DNA from: an uncultured Methanosarcinales archaeon
Lineage (GTDB): Archaea; Nanobdellota; Nanobdellia; Woesearchaeales; JACPBV01
Reading direction: 5' to 3'
DNA length: 59,376 bases
NCBI GenBank assembly: GCA_964609455.1
Contig: CAZSRD010000002.1
Coordinates: 13,402-72,777, forward strand
In this document: positions 8,672 through 17,256 of the stretch, in pieces
Position numbering within the stretch: position 1 is the first letter of the stretch
How the letters are laid out: each line of letters starts with the position of its first letter
Position numbers and translations under genes: made by a program
Notes under the pieces: model-generated
Databases searched by the model: none
Seen by the model: only the letters and a program-made list of their open reading frames with translations
What the model was told of the DNA's origin: nothing

Positions 8672-8741
8672 TGCGTGCAATGAATTAGTGAACACCCACT
8701 GACGCAAGGATGATGAGAGTAAAGTAACTGACGAGCACGCA
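8672..8741 (+). ncRNA. Candidate box C/D sRNA (or other K-turn RNA)
   Basis: Terminal 7-bp stem tgcgtgc (8672-8678) / gcacgca (8735-8741). Degenerate C box AUGAAUU (8680-8686), 12-nt spacer, CUGA (8699-8702), 7 nt, perfect AUGAUGA (8710-8716), 11-nt spacer, CUGA (8728-8731). Lies in the trm5/Nudix intergenic region. Confidence 0.4.
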
Positions 8742-8751
8742 CTTTCTTAAA

Positions 8752-9264
8752 ATGGCAGAAGAAATCTTTGAAATAGTAGATGATAATAACAATATAATAG
8801 GAGAATCAACTAGAAAACAAGCTCACGAAAAAGGATTAACCCACAAAAGCGTAATGTTCTTCATCTTCAACAAAAAAGGAGAACTATTCCTAAACCAGAG
8901 GTCAACAAAAAAAGAATTCAATCCAGGTTACTACAGCATTGTTTTAGGTGGCCACGTCACAAAAGGCGATTCTTACGAGCAAACTGTAATACGGGAAGCA
9001 AAAGAAGAGGCAGGCATTACAGAAAAGCCCCATTTCTTAGCTAACTTTCAAAGCAGATACAAAGAAAAAGACAAGGAAAACGTAGCATTATACTACTTCG
9101 TAATAAATCGTGAACCAATTTTAGACAAAAATGAGATAGAACATGGTAAATTCACACCAATAGAAAAAATAGAATATTTCCTTAAAAAAGAAAAATTTAT
9201 ACCAGAAACAAAAATATTATATCAGCTCTTAATGAAAAATAAAGATAAAATACTAATTCTTTAG
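8752..9264 (+). CDS. NUDIX hydrolase
   Basis: Nudix box GGHVTKGDSYEQTVIREAKEEAGI, 170 aa. Confidence 0.85.
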   Translation: MAEEIFEIVDDNNNIIGESTRKQAHEKGLTHKSVMFFIFNKKGELFLNQRSTKKEFNPGYYSIVLGGHVTKGDSYEQTVIREAKEEAGITEKPHFLANFQSRYKEKDKENVALYYFVINREPILDKNEIEHGKFTPIEKIEYFLKKEKFIPETKILYQLLMKNKDKILIL

Positions 9265-10424
9265 CCAAACATCCTCAGATAATCATCGCCTTCAAGTTGC
9301 TCTTCATGTTTAACTTTTTTTATAGCTTTTAAGAAATCCTCTTTTGTAACAGTAGTTCTATTACTCCTTATAGCAAAATATCCGGCTTCTGTACAAACCG
9401 CATGTATCTCAGCACCAGAAAAATTATCCATTCTCGCAATTAAACCCTTTGTCTTCAACCCCTTTTCTAAAGTCATATTCCTTGAATGTATCTTAAACAC
9501 TTCAGATCTTGCTTCTTTGTTAGGAACAGGAACTTTAATCAATCTGTCCAACCTTCCTGGCCTTATGATAGCACTATCTAAAATATCTTTTCTGTTAGTA
9601 GCAGCTATTACTTTAACATTATCCAAAGGATCAAAACCATCCAATTCAGCCAAAAGTTGCATAAATGTCCTGTTAACTTCTCTTTCGCCGCTAGTTCCAA
9701 TTTCCATTCTTTTAGCAGCTAAAGCATCAAGTTCATCAATAAACACTATAGCTGGCCCTTTCTTCCTTGCCATCTCAAATATTTCCTTGACTAACTTAGC
9801 CCCCTCACCTATAAATTTTTGGACTAACTCTGAGGCAACTATCTCAATAAAAGTTGAATTAGTAGCTTTTGCAACAGCTTTAGCCAAAAGGGTCTTCCCA
9901 GTTCCAGGTTCGCCATAAAGCAATATCCCTTTTGGAGGGCTAATACCGACTTTTTTAAACAATTCAGGCCTTTTCAAAGGCAATTCCACAACTTCTTTTA
10001 TTTCTCTTATTTGATCATCCAACCCACCAATATCCTTCCAGGTTACTGTTGGTTTCTCAACTATAACAAACTTCTCAACATTAAACTTCCTTGCTGTAGG
10101 TATCTTTTTTATTATTGTTAGATTTTTTTGTTCTGCTAAAACCATATCTCCAGCATTTAATTTTTCACAAGAACTAGCAATATTAACTGAAAATTGATTG
10201 CCATTAGGTATAGAGATTATTGCTGTATTTCCGTGTAATTCCCTCACTTCACAAACCATCAAAGGTGGCATTTTTAATGTTTCTATCTCCACCCTTAATT
10301 GATTAAGTGTTTCCTTAAGAATCTTGTTCTCTTCCTCTAACTGCGAAGACTTGCTGGTATAATTATAAATAACGCTGTCTAGTATACTTTTATCATCGGT
10401 TTCTGGTGGCGCCATAACACACAT
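9261..10424 (-). CDS. pan: Proteasome-activating nucleotidase (AAA+ ATPase)
   Basis: N-terminal coiled coil (LEEENKILKETLNQLRVEIETLK), OB segment, Walker A GEPGTGKTLLAKA, Walker B VFIDELD, and ATNRKDILDSAIIRPGRLD. The second in-frame ATG at 10415 is an alternative start. Confidence 0.9.
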   Translation of the reverse strand: MCVMAPPETDDKSILDSVIYNYTSKSSQLEEENKILKETLNQLRVEIETLKMPPLMVCEVRELHGNTAIISIPNGNQFSVNIASSCEKLNAGDMVLAEQKNLTIIKKIPTARKFNVEKFVIVEKPTVTWKDIGGLDDQIREIKEVVELPLKRPELFKKVGISPPKGILLYGEPGTGKTLLAKAVAKATNSTFIEIVASELVQKFIGEGAKLVKEIFEMARKKGPAIVFIDELDALAAKRMEIGTSGEREVNRTFMQLLAELDGFDPLDNVKVIAATNRKDILDSAIIRPGRLDRLIKVPVPNKEARSEVFKIHSRNMTLEKGLKTKGLIARMDNFSGAEIHAVCTEAGYFAIRSNRTTVTKEDFLKAIKKVKHEEQLEGDDYLRMFG

Positions 10425-10454
10425 AATTAGATTTCCATTTAAAAACTTTTGGGT

Positions 10455-11411
10455 TCAAACCAATAATTTTCCTTCTTTCATTATTTTTTTATCATCCACA
10501 AAAATTGTGGGTTTTTTAATCAAACCATCTATATGCAAAGGAACTTTCACCTTACCGCCAAAACCAGAATTATCTCCTAAAGCAATATGGCAAGTTCCCA
10601 TAACCTTTTCGTCTTCCAGCATATTCCCAGTAATAATTGCCTTATCATTAGCCCCAATACCAAATTCAGCAATATTTTTTGCTTTTTTGCCAACACAATT
10701 TAAATCTTCCATCAATTGCTTAGCATTTATGCACCCTTCAATTTTTTTAACATATCCCTTTTCAACAAAAACTTTGACCGATTTATCCACTTTACCGTTG
10801 CTTCCCAAAGAGCCATCTACAACATAAATACCTTCAGCACTCCCTTCAATAGGAGCAATAAATGACTCCCCATCTGGAAGATTTCCATACTTTCCCCTTT
10901 CTCTGAAAATCCCGCTAGTTCTTCCATGGGATTTTCTGCCTTTAATACTAAAAGAAATTTCTGTTCCTTTCTTGCTCATAACTTTAACAACCCGCCCTTT
11001 ATCCAGCACATCACAAATCTTGGCAATTCTTTTATGAATCTTATCATAATCCACATTCAAAGCCCTTTTTAACATAGCTTTAGTAATATCAGGTAATGTT
11101 GCAATTCTAGCTCCTTTTTTACAAGCTTCTTTCCTAGCTTTAGTGTGCGTTAAAGATTTTGTTGTTATCAATAACTCTACATCATAATTTAGCATTTTCT
11201 TTGCTACTTCCTTTGGAGGTTCATCACCATTGATTTTGCCTACAGGAATCTCTATCAAATCAATATTGCTGGTAAAATTTGAACCAACTTTAACAAACAA
11301 CTTACCTAAGCTTAATTTATTTTTATCAACAACAACAAGAACTCTTTCTTTTCTTTTAACCCCCATATTGATTCTAAAAATATTTAAAATGGCTTTTTCT
11401 AGCAAATTCAT
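10455..11411 (-). CDS. M29-family (aminopeptidase T/S-like) metallopeptidase, short form
   Basis: GNLPDGESFIAPIEG, EFGIGANDKA...NMLEDEKVMGTCHIALG, PLHIDG. Confidence 0.7.
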   Translation of the reverse strand: MNLLEKAILNIFRINMGVKRKERVLVVVDKNKLSLGKLFVKVGSNFTSNIDLIEIPVGKINGDEPPKEVAKKMLNYDVELLITTKSLTHTKARKEACKKGARIATLPDITKAMLKRALNVDYDKIHKRIAKICDVLDKGRVVKVMSKKGTEISFSIKGRKSHGRTSGIFRERGKYGNLPDGESFIAPIEGSAEGIYVVDGSLGSNGKVDKSVKVFVEKGYVKKIEGCINAKQLMEDLNCVGKKAKNIAEFGIGANDKAIITGNMLEDEKVMGTCHIALGDNSGFGGKVKVPLHIDGLIKKPTIFVDDKKIMKEGKLLV

Positions 11412-13195
11412 GCAACAAACTCCCCTTTTTTCAAGACAGAGTGAACCTTTTTATCTTTACCAACCCCATAAATATCAAGTTTCTGTTTAGGTGCATTTAC
11501 AACAATATCCCAATGATACATTGTTTTTCTATCAGGCTCAAACCCTAAACCTAAGGCTACGTGTATCATCCTGGCAATTTTCTCGTTGACAATAAGATAA
11601 TCACAAAGTTTTGCCTTAGGATTTGTATTAACCGCAAACTCGCCAATATTCCAAAAATTTTTCTTATAAATTTTAATAATTTCCTTAGGCAAGCTCCCAT
11701 TCTTTTCAATATCATTAATCTTCTGTCTTGCTTCATTCCTTTCTCTTGCCATAGCATCTTTTATTTTTTTATGTGCTTTTATTACATTGTATCTATTTCC
11801 TGTAAATTCCACTATTATGGGGGATTTTTCAGGTATTACATAACTTCTATCAATATTGATTACAACATCACCAACCATCATACCATAAATGCTTTCTGGA
11901 GTAACAAAAGTTTCACCACTGGGGAAATTTGCATAAGCTCCTGCCTTCATTTTTGTTCTTTTATAATGTTCCTTATCAATTATGCTGGTCACATCAGAAT
12001 CAGCTGCAGTAAACAGCATTCTTCTCCCATCTTTTGAAACCAAATTAACAGTAAAATCTGTTTTGTACCCATCAATTTTCTCGCCAACAACCCTTATATA
12101 ATCACATTTATTGAAGATATCTCTGATCTTCATGCTTCTCTTCCTTAATTTGTTATAGTTGATATTGCAAGTTTCTATAAAAATATCAATCGGTAAAGTT
12201 TCCGTAATAGCATACCTCATCATTGGATCTCTCTTCTCTAAAGCTGTCTGTGGCTCATACCTGTCTTTCAGCATTAATTGCCCTGGGCTGCTCCACCTGG
12301 TTTTTTTGTCTAATGAAGGATACCCTATCGAATCCCCAAAGAAATGCCTCCCATAATAGCCCTTGGCATGTATTCCAAAACCAGCTTGTGTATTGTCCAT
12401 CATATCAATTTTTAACAACTTAGAAAACTCATTATACTTCTTAAAAACATCCTCATCAACAGTTTTACTAAGCTCACAACCCCTTAATGTAGTTATCAAA
12501 TCAGCAGTTCTCACTGGCTTTGCAAGTAAAGAAAACCGGTCAGAAGAAGCCCCAACCCTTAATTTTACTTTAAATTTTTTAGCAGCATAAGCTAGGGCCA
12601 TAGCAATAGAATAAGAGTCCAAATAATCCTCTAATGGAAGTTCAGTGTTTTTTTCACTAGGCACAAGCACAAAAGAAATACCAACCTTTTCCCCTTTTTT
12701 TAAGTTAAATCCTTGTTTCCAAATCTTAGAAGCTGTTCCCAACAACTCCTTCCATCTGTAAACCTTATGCCAGCTATGCTTGTACTCTAACTCCATGGTT
12801 CCGCTAAATCCTTTTTGCTCTGCTTTCAATATTATTTCTGGCCTCTTAAAAATCTCCTTAAATACCTTAGTTTTTGTTCTTTTATTCACAGCGCTTACAA
12901 ATGATTTTAATGCCCCAACTTTCTTTGTTTTTAATCTCCTCTTCACCCAATCACCATAAACATACCAAATGTCTTTTAGAATTTCAAGGTTTATGCTGTT
13001 TTCATCTATAAGCATAACATGCAAATCCCCATTAAGCTCATGTATTGCTCTAGATAGGGGTGCTATAGAATAAAACGCCTTATTTTGTTTTATATTCAAA
13101 ATTACAAAAACAACCTTATTCTTGACCTTGCCTTTAAATTTTTTTATATAATAATCAACTTCTGCATTAAAAGTTTTTAGATTGTATTTCATCAT
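11408..13195 (-). CDS. Divergent M29-like peptidase homolog with long N-terminal extension
   Basis: C-terminal third repeats M29 landmarks: ANFPSGETFVTPE, GEFAVNTNPKA...IVNEKIARMIHVALGLG, HWDIVV. The N-terminal ~350 aa are unrecognised. ATGA overlap with the downstream M29 gene. Confidence 0.55.
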   Translation of the reverse strand: MMKYNLKTFNAEVDYYIKKFKGKVKNKVVFVILNIKQNKAFYSIAPLSRAIHELNGDLHVMLIDENSINLEILKDIWYVYGDWVKRRLKTKKVGALKSFVSAVNKRTKTKVFKEIFKRPEIILKAEQKGFSGTMELEYKHSWHKVYRWKELLGTASKIWKQGFNLKKGEKVGISFVLVPSEKNTELPLEDYLDSYSIAMALAYAAKKFKVKLRVGASSDRFSLLAKPVRTADLITTLRGCELSKTVDEDVFKKYNEFSKLLKIDMMDNTQAGFGIHAKGYYGRHFFGDSIGYPSLDKKTRWSSPGQLMLKDRYEPQTALEKRDPMMRYAITETLPIDIFIETCNINYNKLRKRSMKIRDIFNKCDYIRVVGEKIDGYKTDFTVNLVSKDGRRMLFTAADSDVTSIIDKEHYKRTKMKAGAYANFPSGETFVTPESIYGMMVGDVVINIDRSYVIPEKSPIIVEFTGNRYNVIKAHKKIKDAMARERNEARQKINDIEKNGSLPKEIIKIYKKNFWNIGEFAVNTNPKAKLCDYLIVNEKIARMIHVALGLGFEPDRKTMYHWDIVVNAPKQKLDIYGVGKDKKVHSVLKKGEFVA

Positions 13196-13265
13196 CTTAT
13201 CCTAAAAATTAGCTATTAATAAATCTTTTGGTAGTTGATAAAATTTACTATCAGAAAGCCGATAT

Positions 13266-14339
13266 TTATACAAGTATCAGTTCTTTTCGTGTTTTTGTCA
13301 AAACAAAAACCCTATTGTCCAATATCAAAATATCGTCTTCTATCCTTATACCAAAATTCTTAAAATAAATGCCTGGCTCTATTGTCAATATCTGCCCATT
13401 TTCAAATTTATCGCTGCTTTTTTCTGTTAAGTTCGGTAATTCATGTATCTTTACTCCAATACCATGCCCAAGCCCATGTATAAAGTTTTTTGCATTACTT
13501 CCTAAACTCCTTTTTACGCTTTCGTTTAAATTTTTACATTCCTCGCCAACTTTAACATCTATAATAGCTTTTTTTTGTACTCTCAAAAGTTTGTTATAAA
13601 TCTCAGCATCATTTTTAGTTGGTTTTCCAACATAAACAGTTCTTGTGGTATCAGTGCAATAATTCTTATATCTAATCCCAAAATCAATTACACAAAAACC
13701 CCTTTTAATCTTTTCATCAGAAGTATCATGGTGAACCTCACTTGAATTTTTTCCAGAAGCAACAATAGTAGGGAAAGACAGCTCGCAGTTTCTTTTTTTT
13801 GTTTCATACTCTAAAAATGCCTTTACCTCTGCCTCAGTCTTAAATTTTTTAAAATCCTTAAAACACATCCTTAAAATTTCATCAGAGATTTTACATCCCT
13901 TTTTTATTATTTCAATTTCCTTTTTTGTTTTTATCTCCCTTAATTTGTATAGCTCTTCTCTTAAATCCATTAATCTGCTCTTTTTAAAATTCTTTTTCAA
14001 GTAGTCCTTCAACAATAATGTAAATTCTTCTTTATTAACCCCAATTTTTCTGCTTTTTACTTTACTATGCCTTACTTTTTCTTTGATAAACTCAAAAAGC
14101 CTCTTTTTCTTTGGGAGGACATAACTTTTTATCTTAAGCTTTTTAGCCTTTGCAGCTCCATCCCTGGAAACAATAAGAAATGGTTTTTTATCCTTTGGTA
14201 GGATTAATGCCCCAATACCACCATAACCAGAGAAATAAGCCATATCGCAATCAAATCTAACAAAATCTATATTACAAAAAATAGCAAAATCGATCTTCTT
14301 TTTCTTTAAAATCTCTTGAAATTCCTTTATTTTAACCAT
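13266..14339 (-). CDS. M24B Xaa-Pro aminopeptidase/prolidase
   Basis: CVIDFG..YKNYCTDTTRT, HGLGHGIGVKIHELP, LTIEPGIY, GIRIEDD. Confidence 0.88.
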   Translation of the reverse strand: MVKIKEFQEILKKKKIDFAIFCNIDFVRFDCDMAYFSGYGGIGALILPKDKKPFLIVSRDGAAKAKKLKIKSYVLPKKKRLFEFIKEKVRHSKVKSRKIGVNKEEFTLLLKDYLKKNFKKSRLMDLREELYKLREIKTKKEIEIIKKGCKISDEILRMCFKDFKKFKTEAEVKAFLEYETKKRNCELSFPTIVASGKNSSEVHHDTSDEKIKRGFCVIDFGIRYKNYCTDTTRTVYVGKPTKNDAEIYNKLLRVQKKAIIDVKVGEECKNLNESVKRSLGSNAKNFIHGLGHGIGVKIHELPNLTEKSSDKFENGQILTIEPGIYFKNFGIRIEDDILILDNRVFVLTKTRKELILV

Positions 14340-14383
14340 AGTTTATAAAATTTGAAGCGTGTTTTTTAAATTTTACTGAACTA

Positions 14384-14424
14384 GGGAAAATTTCACAAAT
14401 GTAAATATACCTTGAAATTTTCCC
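14384..14424. promoter_or_regulatory. 12-bp perfect inverted repeat (17-nt spacer) in the divergent M24/M16 promoter region; candidate operator
   Basis: gggaaaatttca (14384-14395) and tgaaattttccc (14413-14424). It sits between TATA-like elements serving 14339(-) and 14467(+). Confidence 0.5.
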
Positions 14425-14466
14425 GTAAAGGAAAAATATATAAAGTTTGTATTTAAATATTGTGTT

Positions 14467-15672
14467 ATGAAAATAAAGCTAAAAAATAACTTAACAATCA
14501 TTCTGGAAAATAAGCCGACACAGACAATAACCATACAAGCAACAGTTAAAACAGGCTCTAACAACGAAAATATCAAAATCAACGGAATATCTCACTTTAT
14601 AGAGCATATGGTTTTTGAAGGCACTAAAAAACGCCCAAATTCTAAGATAATATCAAATGAAATAGAAAGCCTTGGAGGAGAACTAAATGCTTACACCTCT
14701 AATGAAAGAACCTGCTTCTATGTTAAAGTTCCAAAAAAACACTCACGGAAAGCTTTAGATATAATAGCAGACATACTCCAAAATCCATTATTCGAAAAAA
14801 AGAAGATAGAAAAAGAGAGAAAAATAATATTAAAAGAAATCAACTTGCATAAAGATGAACCAAGATTCCATCAATGGATTCTGTTTGATAAAGCTTTATT
14901 CAAAAAACATCCAGCCAAACTACCGCCTTATGGTACGGTAAAGGCAGTTAAAAGCCTAACAAGAAAAAACATGCTAAGTTATTATAATAAATATTACATT
15001 CCTAATAATATCATATTAACCATCGTAGGAAACTTCAATAAAGAGATTATCGAAGAAATAAAAAATCAATTCAAAAACTTCAAACCAAGTAAATTGCCTA
15101 AAAAAAGAAGAATAACAGAACCTAAACAAAGAAAGACAACAAAAAAAGAAAAAAGAAAAATTCTAAACTCCTATATGGTCTTAGGTTATAAAACAGTTAA
15201 TAGGGCAAATCAAGATTCTTATGTTCTAGATGTAATCAAATCCATACTAGGAAAGGGCCAATCAGGAAGAATATTCGACGAGATAAGGAATAAAAGAGGA
15301 TTAGCTTATGAAGTCGGAGTTCACCATGAGGCAGAGAAGGATTATGGCACATTTGCAGTATACTTAAACACAGACAAGAAGAACATTAAAAAAATCATCA
15401 ATATAATCTTAAAAGAATTCAAAAATCTAGCAAACCTAACAACCAAAGAACTAAAAGAGGCAAAAGGGTTTATTATAGGCCAGCATATTTTGCAAAATGA
15501 AGACACCCAAGATTTAGCAGATGAACTGGGATACTGGGAAAGCATTAAAGATGCTAATTTATTGAATGATTATATCCCAAAAATAAAATTAGTAACAAAA
15601 ACAGATATTTTAAGAGTAGCTAAAAAATACCTTACAAAGAATTATGCTTTGGCTATTATCGAACAATCTTAA
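14467..15672 (+). CDS. M16 (pitrilysin/insulinase) family zinc peptidase
   Basis: Inverted zinc motif HFIEHMVFEG with downstream E; 401 aa, two-lobe size. TATA is centred about 27 nt upstream of the ATG. Confidence 0.88.
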   Translation: MKIKLKNNLTIILENKPTQTITIQATVKTGSNNENIKINGISHFIEHMVFEGTKKRPNSKIISNEIESLGGELNAYTSNERTCFYVKVPKKHSRKALDIIADILQNPLFEKKKIEKERKIILKEINLHKDEPRFHQWILFDKALFKKHPAKLPPYGTVKAVKSLTRKNMLSYYNKYYIPNNIILTIVGNFNKEIIEEIKNQFKNFKPSKLPKKRRITEPKQRKTTKKEKRKILNSYMVLGYKTVNRANQDSYVLDVIKSILGKGQSGRIFDEIRNKRGLAYEVGVHHEAEKDYGTFAVYLNTDKKNIKKIINIILKEFKNLANLTTKELKEAKGFIIGQHILQNEDTQDLADELGYWESIKDANLLNDYIPKIKLVTKTDILRVAKKYLTKNYALAIIEQS

Positions 15673-15794
15673 CGTGTAATCTCAAAACCCTTTGTTGTAT
15701 CAAACAGATATTACCATAAACCACCATAACGACGACATATTTATATAGAATCAAATATTTATACGAATAATATGCAAGTGATGGGGTGGTAGTT

Positions 15795-17216
15795 ATGAAG
15801 AAAATAATATTAGTTTGTTTGTTGGTTCTGGTTTTATTAGTTGGCTGTGGACAAAAAGTTGTATGTGATAAACCATACATTTTAGTTGGTTCTGAATGTT
15901 GTTTAGACAATGATGATAATGGTATTTGCGATAGAGATGAAGTCAAAGAAGAGCCTAAAATAGAAGCCCAAGAAGAACCACTTAAGCAAGAGGAAATTAA
16001 GGAAACACACGAAACTACCCCTCTAGAAGAATATACACTTAGTGACCTTCAAGCAAATTTGAATGAGGTCATTTGGGCAAAGAATAAGATATGGTCTTCA
16101 ATGGATAATCTTAGCAATGATACTGTTTCTTTCCTGAAATATGGTTTTGATGATTTGATAATAGCCGAATCTCATAATTTAGATGAATACTCTTATGATA
16201 ACTTTCTAAATGAAATCTTCTTTACCTTAATCAAAGACAAAGAAGTAGAACCAGCTAATTTTATAAGCTCTGATAATTACTTTAGAGACATACATCTCTC
16301 AAGTTTAGATGTGAAAGATAAAAGAGTATATTGGATTTATCAAAACAACATAATAACAGCACATTCTCTTAACTTTAAATGCAGCCCAACTTTATTTGTT
16401 GGAGTAATTCCTGATTACTTTGCCGAATCAACTTCAGCAACAGATGACAAAGTAGACGCAATAAATACTGGATTTGATACCTCTACAAGAAACATAATAT
16501 CTGACGTATACAAAGTATCAATAAACTGTCCGCTTGCAAATAAATATCCTAACAAAATATATGAATTACAACAAAGTATAAACAATGAATTAGGGGTAGA
16601 TTACTCTTTTGAAGTCAAAAAAATCCAAGACATATTGAGCCATATTTCAATAGATGATGACAATTCAATAAAAGTTTATGATGAAATTACCAGAAAATAC
16701 CACCCACAAACATATAAATATAAAAAGATGGTAATTGATGAGTTAGGCAATACAATTACTTCTATTGAAGACTTAAAAGAAATATCTCAAATACATTCTT
16801 CAGAGGACACAGAAACAATAAGTGATAATGAAGAGAACTTTAAGAATTCCTTTAAAAAGCCAAAATCAAATGAGAAAATGGAAGTTTCACTCTTAGACGA
16901 AATTGGTTTTGATGAGGTAAACGAAATAGACCCTAAAACTATAGAGGTATTGAATGGAAAATTCCAAGAATATGAGGTTATATATACCAGAACAGATACA
17001 GAAGATAACAGAAAAGAAAACCATGTAGGCCTAAATGTAGTTCATAAGCTAGTCTTCAAGTGTAAAGGTAATATAACAATATCTGTATATTCAAACTCTA
17101 TTGACTACATATATAACCAATATGTTCAGAGAAATATAGATAACGCATTTAAGTCAAGCAGAAACAATCTACTTAAGGATTTAGAAGGACTTAAAGAAGC
17201 TTGCGAATCTATATAA
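15795..17216 (+). CDS. Secreted lipoprotein, hypothetical, with Cys-rich N-terminal module
   Basis: MKKIILVCLLVLVLLVGC lipobox, then GQKVVCDKPYILVGSECCLDNDDNGICDRDE and an acidic linker. GGGGTGG SD lies before the ATG at 15795. Confidence 0.6.
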   Translation: MKKIILVCLLVLVLLVGCGQKVVCDKPYILVGSECCLDNDDNGICDRDEVKEEPKIEAQEEPLKQEEIKETHETTPLEEYTLSDLQANLNEVIWAKNKIWSSMDNLSNDTVSFLKYGFDDLIIAESHNLDEYSYDNFLNEIFFTLIKDKEVEPANFISSDNYFRDIHLSSLDVKDKRVYWIYQNNIITAHSLNFKCSPTLFVGVIPDYFAESTSATDDKVDAINTGFDTSTRNIISDVYKVSINCPLANKYPNKIYELQQSINNELGVDYSFEVKKIQDILSHISIDDDNSIKVYDEITRKYHPQTYKYKKMVIDELGNTITSIEDLKEISQIHSSEDTETISDNEENFKNSFKKPKSNEKMEVSLLDEIGFDEVNEIDPKTIEVLNGKFQEYEVIYTRTDTEDNRKENHVGLNVVHKLVFKCKGNITISVYSNSIDYIYNQYVQRNIDNAFKSSRNNLLKDLEGLKEACESI

Positions 17217-17256
17217 AGAACACTACAAGATTTGTTTAAAATTAAACAACCCCTCT

